Made by a program: the position numbers and the translations under genes. Source: an uncultured virus (IMG/VR IMGVR_UViG_3300025128_000028) (lineage: Duplodnaviria > Heunggongvirae > Uroviricota > Caudoviricetes). From it: a DNA stretch of 20,000 nt. Of the stretch, positions 15,640 through 20,000 are shown piece after piece. Every line of letters starts with the position of its first letter. Position 1 is the stretch's first letter. The stretch lies in the IMG/VR virus record IMGVR_UViG_3300025128_000028. One strand, written 5' to 3'. The notes beneath the pieces were generated by a model. It ran no database searches, was not told the DNA's origin, and was given only the letters and a program-made list of their open reading frames with translations.

Positions 15640-15919
15640 ATATACCAAGCCTCTCTAAATTATTAAAAATTTCGCCTAATGGAATATATTTAACCGTATC
15701 TGATATTTCTAAAAGTCTTAAAAATAATTCCTCGCCTTCGGTTAATTCATATATATTTTTTTTATTCTTAATTTCATTAATTGACATAAATTTTAATTCT
15801 TCAGAATTATAATCTAAATTTTTATTATATTGTTCGTTTTTAATATTCAGCTTTAATTTTTCATTTAAATTTTTCATAAATTGTTGCCGTCCACGTTTCC
15901 AAGATTTTTTATTTTTCAT
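15632..15919 (-). CDS. Hypothetical basic protein
   Basis: 95-aa ORF. Confidence 0.65.
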   Translation of the reverse strand: MKNKKSWKRGRQQFMKNLNEKLKLNIKNEQYNKNLDYNSEELKFMSINEIKNKKNIYELTEGEELFLRLLEISDTVKYIPLGEIFNNLERLGIFE

Positions 15920-16155
15920 TTGTCATATCCTAAGAATTTATTTAATTCTGTTTTTTTGTCTTCAAGTTTTTTTTCTAAAACTTTAATTTCTTTTTTAAGT
16001 TTTAATTTATTCATTTTATATATGCCTCAATTTTGGTTTGAAATTCTACAAATTTTAATTTTTTAGTTTTTTGATTTTTGATATTTTTAGAAATATATAT
16101 TTTATTTCTTAAAGTTTTAATTTCTTGTGAATTAGGCTTAACGAAAATATACATT

Positions 16156-16449
16156 TTATCTAATCCTCACTAAAATTTTTTTAGTTAACGCTTCATGTAA
16201 ATTTATTTTTAAATCTTTAAAATATTGCGTGAAATATTCAGAATCTAAATTATATATTTCTAATCGACTTGACAAACTCAAATATTCTAAATCTACTGAT
16301 TGAATAGCTTCTGAAATATTCTCTAAATTATCAAAGTTTTGAGATCCACAATAACCGCAATAATTATTTTTAGCATTTATTTCATTTTGACAATTTGCAC
16401 AATTTACAAAAACTATTGTTTCATTTTTGTGATTTTTATATATTTTCAT
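16156..16449 (-). CDS. Zinc-ribbon protein
   Basis: CANC...YCGYCG. Confidence 0.75.
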   Translation of the reverse strand: MKIYKNHKNETIVFVNCANCQNEINAKNNYCGYCGSQNFDNLENISEAIQSVDLEYLSLSSRLEIYNLDSEYFTQYFKDLKINLHEALTKKILVRIR

Positions 16450-16450
16450 T

Positions 16451-16645
16451 TTAAATCATATCCTCGTAAAAATATGAAACTTTATTTCTTATAATTTTTG
16501 GAATTTTTTTAATATCACTATTTTTATTTGTAATTATCCTAAAATTAGTCTTATGATAAAATGATAAATCGTGAATTAATTGCCAATTTTTTTTATTTTG
16601 ACTAAATTCACAAAAATTATCAAAGTTTGAAATTATATAATTCAT
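16451..16645 (-). CDS. Hypothetical protein
   Basis: 64-aa ORF with 1-nt gaps to both neighbours. Confidence 0.6.
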   Translation of the reverse strand: MNYIISNFDNFCEFSQNKKNWQLIHDLSFYHKTNFRIITNKNSDIKKIPKIIRNKVSYFYEDMI

Positions 16646-16646
16646 T

Positions 16647-17657
16647 TTAATTCAAATTTCCTTGATTTAATTTTTCTATTGATTCTGTTAATTTTTGGAT
16701 TAATACTTTTTCAACTTGATCAAAGTTTTGAGTTTCATAAAGCATACCTCTAAATAATTTTCTCATGGGTTTTACGGTGTCTTCAATGTGATTAAACCAA
16801 ATACAAAATATGGGTATTTCTTGGTTTTTTGCTTCTATGACTGAACGTTCCATTAAATTACGTGGTATATCTGAATTTTCAAATTTTAATCTCATTCCTT
16901 TTTTTAGTGATCTTGATCTGCCTGTATAATCTCGATCAATAGTCCAAACAATTTCTGGGTATCCGTCAGTTATCATTAAAATTAATTTTTTGTTATCTGA
17001 ATTAGTTTTTAAAATTTCTTCAACGGCATAATTAATATTCAAATTATGATTATCGTGATAATCTTCAAAGTCAGCGTGGATACGTCCGCATTTTTCTTTT
17101 TTGTCGATTATTTCAACAACGTGCTGATAGTCATGCGATTTAGCTGAAAAAGCTATAACTTTGAAATTTACTTGATCTGATTTTTCTAGGGCTTGAAAAA
17201 TTGAAGCGGATAAATCAGCTAATTTTTGATTTAATCTACTCATTGAACCTGAACAATCAATTAATAAAATTATGTCGATTCCGTTTTTTTCTGATTCTTC
17301 TTCAAAAAATTCTAAGTTTTGAATTGTCTTTGCACGTTTATCAACTTTGTATCTGATAAATTCATTAATTTCTAAATCTCCACTTTCAGAAATTTCCGTT
17401 GTAATTTGTCCCTTAATTTTATTCAATGTTTGTGTTAATCTGTTTGATAATTGGGAATTTATTGTAAAACCCTTATCAGAACGATTTGTAAAAATTGGTT
17501 TTTTCTCGTGTGATAATTTGAATAAATCTTCTTCAACAAGATCCCAATCAGCATTAACACCGTATCCGCCTGAAGATCCACCATTTGACATAATGAATCT
17601 AGAATAGTTTTCTTTATAACTCTTGTGCATCTGTGGACTTAGTGAAATTTTGATCAT
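16647..17657 (-). CDS. vWA (MIDAS) domain protein, CobT/CbbO-like AAA partner
   Basis: SGDLEI, LLIDCSGSM (DxSxS) and LMITDGYP; start uncertain (17657 or 17630). Confidence 0.9.
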   Translation of the reverse strand: MIKISLSPQMHKSYKENYSRFIMSNGGSSGGYGVNADWDLVEEDLFKLSHEKKPIFTNRSDKGFTINSQLSNRLTQTLNKIKGQITTEISESGDLEINEFIRYKVDKRAKTIQNLEFFEEESEKNGIDIILLIDCSGSMSRLNQKLADLSASIFQALEKSDQVNFKVIAFSAKSHDYQHVVEIIDKKEKCGRIHADFEDYHDNHNLNINYAVEEILKTNSDNKKLILMITDGYPEIVWTIDRDYTGRSRSLKKGMRLKFENSDIPRNLMERSVIEAKNQEIPIFCIWFNHIEDTVKPMRKLFRGMLYETQNFDQVEKVLIQKLTESIEKLNQGNLN

Positions 17658-17681
17658 TTTTTACCGCTTTTTTCGATTTGT

Positions 17682-17773
17682 TAGGAATGTTAAAATCCTT
17701 AGCTTATTAAATGTTTGTTTTTTCAGTTTTTCGGTAAAATTTAACCTAAGCTAAAAAAGTTGCACTAAGCTAA
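17682..17773. promoter_or_regulatory. Degenerate operator/TATA copy C plus CTAAGCTAA pair
   Basis: 17677-17695 = 19485-19503; CTAAGCTAA at 17746 and 17765. Confidence 0.65.
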
Positions 17774-17840
17774 CTTTTTAATTTTAAAAAATATATATTT
17801 TTTTGAAATATATAAAAAAAAGGAAAAAAGAAATTTAGAT

Positions 17841-19253
17841 TTAATTGAAAATTAAATCTATTTCTCTTTGAATGGTTTTTCGATCTTCTTTGTCGCTAAA
17901 TTTTGTTATATAATTTGCTTCAAAGCTTGTTTGTACTGCATTTGGTATTTCCAAATGTTCGAATTCTTCAATATCTTCTAAAATTGCCTTCATTGAACGA
18001 ACGCTTAGAGATTCTTCATTTGACAATTTCATTTGACCTTGTAAAAGATCTAGTTTGTCGTCCAATTTACAAAGTTTTTCTTTGAATTCTTTTGAAACGT
18101 TGTAAGGTTCAAAAATTTTCATTTTTGTTTCAAACGTTAAACGCTTCATTTCTATGTATCTAAACCTATTTCGAATAGGCTTGTTTAATGGATTTGTTCC
18201 GCTGTAGTTGTCATTCATAGTAATGACAACATTGAATTTTACACCTTTATTGATTTTTATTCGTCCGTCAGGCAAATCAATAAAGCCTGTGTCGTCAGTT
18301 AGTCCCTGTAATAAAATTTGGACTTTTGGAATTAATGCGTTTCCTTCATCTAGGATTAAAATTGCTTTGCCTGTTTTGTTGCCTGTTAAAACAGCTTTGA
18401 CAATCATTCCGCATACGATTTTTACTCGTTCTTGTTCGTCTATTGTTTTTGATCCGATTAGATCATTTTTTCTAGAGTCAGCAGAACAAGAGTATTTGAA
18501 AACACTTGTATCACGTTCATGACCATACAAACAAGCCAATTCGGTTTTACCTGTTCCCGCCTGACCAACTAAAACAATATGTTTTCCGCTATCCATTAAA
18601 GCGAAAAATATTTGTTTTTCGTTTTTTTGCTCAAAATATTTTTTGGCTTCTGCTATTTTGAATTCAGAAGGATCGAATACAATAAATTTTTGAGGTATGT
18701 TTTCAGATTTAAAACCGCTAAATCTATCAGCTATTCTTTTTTCATGAGCAATTTTTTTGGCTTCTGCTATTTTTTTTGCTTCAATTTCGATAGCTAATTT
18801 TTTAGCTCGTTCTAATTCTTCAGCTTTTTTCAAGTTTTCGATTCTTGTTTTTTCTAATTCTTCAGCTTGGATTTGTTGCATTTCTTGGCTTTGCCTTAGT
18901 GCTTCTTGTCTTCTGCTGATAGATTCAGAAGATTCCGAATTTTCAAAAGTTGATTCGGTGTCTTGTTTTTCGGTTGATTCTTGTTCGGTTTTTTCTTCTT
19001 GGCTTTGACTTTGAGAAAATTTATAAAATTTTCTTATTGTCGAACCTTGACTTTGTTGAGTTTTGCTTGTAAAACCTCTAAGATATTTTGTCAAAGATTC
19101 TTCAAAAGTCAAATCTTTTGTGTTGATATCTCGTTCAAGCATGGTTGAAAATTTACCTAACAAGGATCTAGTAGGTTGAGAATTTTGCATTTTACCCTGT
19201 GATTGTTCACTAGATATAAAATCCTCTATTTCTGTTGGTGTGATTTGCTTCAA
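17841..19253 (-). CDS. MoxR-type (CbbQ/NirQ/CobS-like) AAA+ ATPase with long N-terminal extension
   Basis: Walker A GQAGTGKT, DLIG, Walker B ILILDEGN, TMN..YSGT.PLNKPIRNRF. Confidence 0.92.
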   Translation of the reverse strand: MKQITPTEIEDFISSEQSQGKMQNSQPTRSLLGKFSTMLERDINTKDLTFEESLTKYLRGFTSKTQQSQGSTIRKFYKFSQSQSQEEKTEQESTEKQDTESTFENSESSESISRRQEALRQSQEMQQIQAEELEKTRIENLKKAEELERAKKLAIEIEAKKIAEAKKIAHEKRIADRFSGFKSENIPQKFIVFDPSEFKIAEAKKYFEQKNEKQIFFALMDSGKHIVLVGQAGTGKTELACLYGHERDTSVFKYSCSADSRKNDLIGSKTIDEQERVKIVCGMIVKAVLTGNKTGKAILILDEGNALIPKVQILLQGLTDDTGFIDLPDGRIKINKGVKFNVVITMNDNYSGTNPLNKPIRNRFRYIEMKRLTFETKMKIFEPYNVSKEFKEKLCKLDDKLDLLQGQMKLSNEESLSVRSMKAILEDIEEFEHLEIPNAVQTSFEANYITKFSDKEDRKTIQREIDLIFN

Positions 19254-19489
19254 CTTAAGGAATCTTGGATATTTTATATATATTAATCTTTAAACGGTCA
19301 AAATGGGCTTCTTTTGTCAAATAGGGCTTATTTTGGGCTTATTCGTATATATTTCTTTTTTGGGTTTTTGTTTTTGTAAAAATAATAGGTAAATTCTCAA
19401 ATTGTGGACTTAAGGAATTTTCATATATTTTTTCAAAAATCAGATCGGTTTAGCACTATTTTCAACTAGTGCCAAAATCGTATTTTTGT

Positions 19490-19521
19490 TAGGAATGTTA
19501 AAACTATTCCTAATATAAATG
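19490..19521 (-). promoter_or_regulatory. TATA box plus palindromic operator TAGGAAT-N9-ATTCCTA (copy B)
   Basis: Near-identical to 11614-11645. Confidence 0.75.
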
Positions 19522-19856
19522 AACTAGTCCCTTTAGGCGTGGATTTTTGGGAATTATATAAAAAATAAAAAAAGAAGAATAACAGATTAATTTTTATTTT
19601 CAATCTGTTTAATTATGTGATCGGCTAAATCCACTAATTCAAAAAAATCTAATCGTGCAATTAAATTTTCTTGTATTTGTTTTTGACTTTTTGCCATGAA
19701 TTATATTGAAAAATTCGATTAAGGGTTTTAGAGTCAATTATAATTGATTTTTTATATAAATTTTTTTGGGAATTGTTGAAAAAAAAATAAAGTAAGTAAA
19801 AACAGTATTTTTGACTTAATGAATTAAAAAATATATATTTCAATCAAAGCTCAATT

Positions 19857-19890
19857 TTTAACCTAAGCTAATAGTTTTAGCCTAAGCTAA
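19857..19890. repeat. CTAAGCTAA direct-repeat pair, 19-nt period
   Basis: 19863-19871 and 19882-19890; 19857-19871 = 17740-17754. Confidence 0.8.
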
Positions 19891-20000
19891 CAATTTTAGC
19901 GTTTTTTGAAAAAAATTGGGCGATCATTCACTTATAATCGTTTTTCTGTAGAATTTTCTGTATTAGGCACAATATATATTATATATACAAAGCCGATCAA

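Noticed and set aside
18639..18773. 21-nt direct repeat encoding KIAEAKK twice
   Set aside because: Low-complexity intragenic duplication in and near the coiled coil; no independent function evident.
2008..19008. Plus-strand ORFs in the track from 2008 onward
   Set aside because: All lie antisense to better-supported, tightly coupled minus-strand genes and have F/I/L/S-rich shadow composition.
19661..19843. 60-aa minus ORF
   Set aside because: Low-complexity AT-rich sequence within the control region; no start signals.

Overview
AT-rich segment of what is most likely an archaeal (probably Nitrososphaerota/Thaumarchaeota) dsDNA virus or provirus. The host call is an inference from the TACK-type PolB1 with a C-terminal PIP box, the MCM helicase, TATA-box promoters, GGTGA Shine-Dalgarno motifs and frequent TTG starts. 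The left part is a replication/DNA-modification module: MCM, Mom-like GNAT, PolB, MT-A70 methyltransferase, HNH nuclease and KTSC protein. The middle and right parts are a long minus-strand run of tightly coupled small ORFs, many of them zinc-finger microproteins, ending in a vWA + MoxR/CobS-like AAA pair and a repeat-rich control region. Main observation: a non-canonical tRNA-Gly(UCC) gene (2305-2397, minus, CCA encoded) sits 10 nt upstream of the Mom-like adenine-hypermodification gene. It keeps glycine identity elements but has lost the D-loop GG and TPsiC elbow, suggesting a dedicated non-proteinogenic Gly-tRNA donor for DNA modification. Two further candidate structured RNAs were found by eye: a 121-nt three-way-junction RNA ending in ACCA (11361-11481) and a ~270-nt end-closed RNA (5788-6058). 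All calls come from manual reading; no searches were run.
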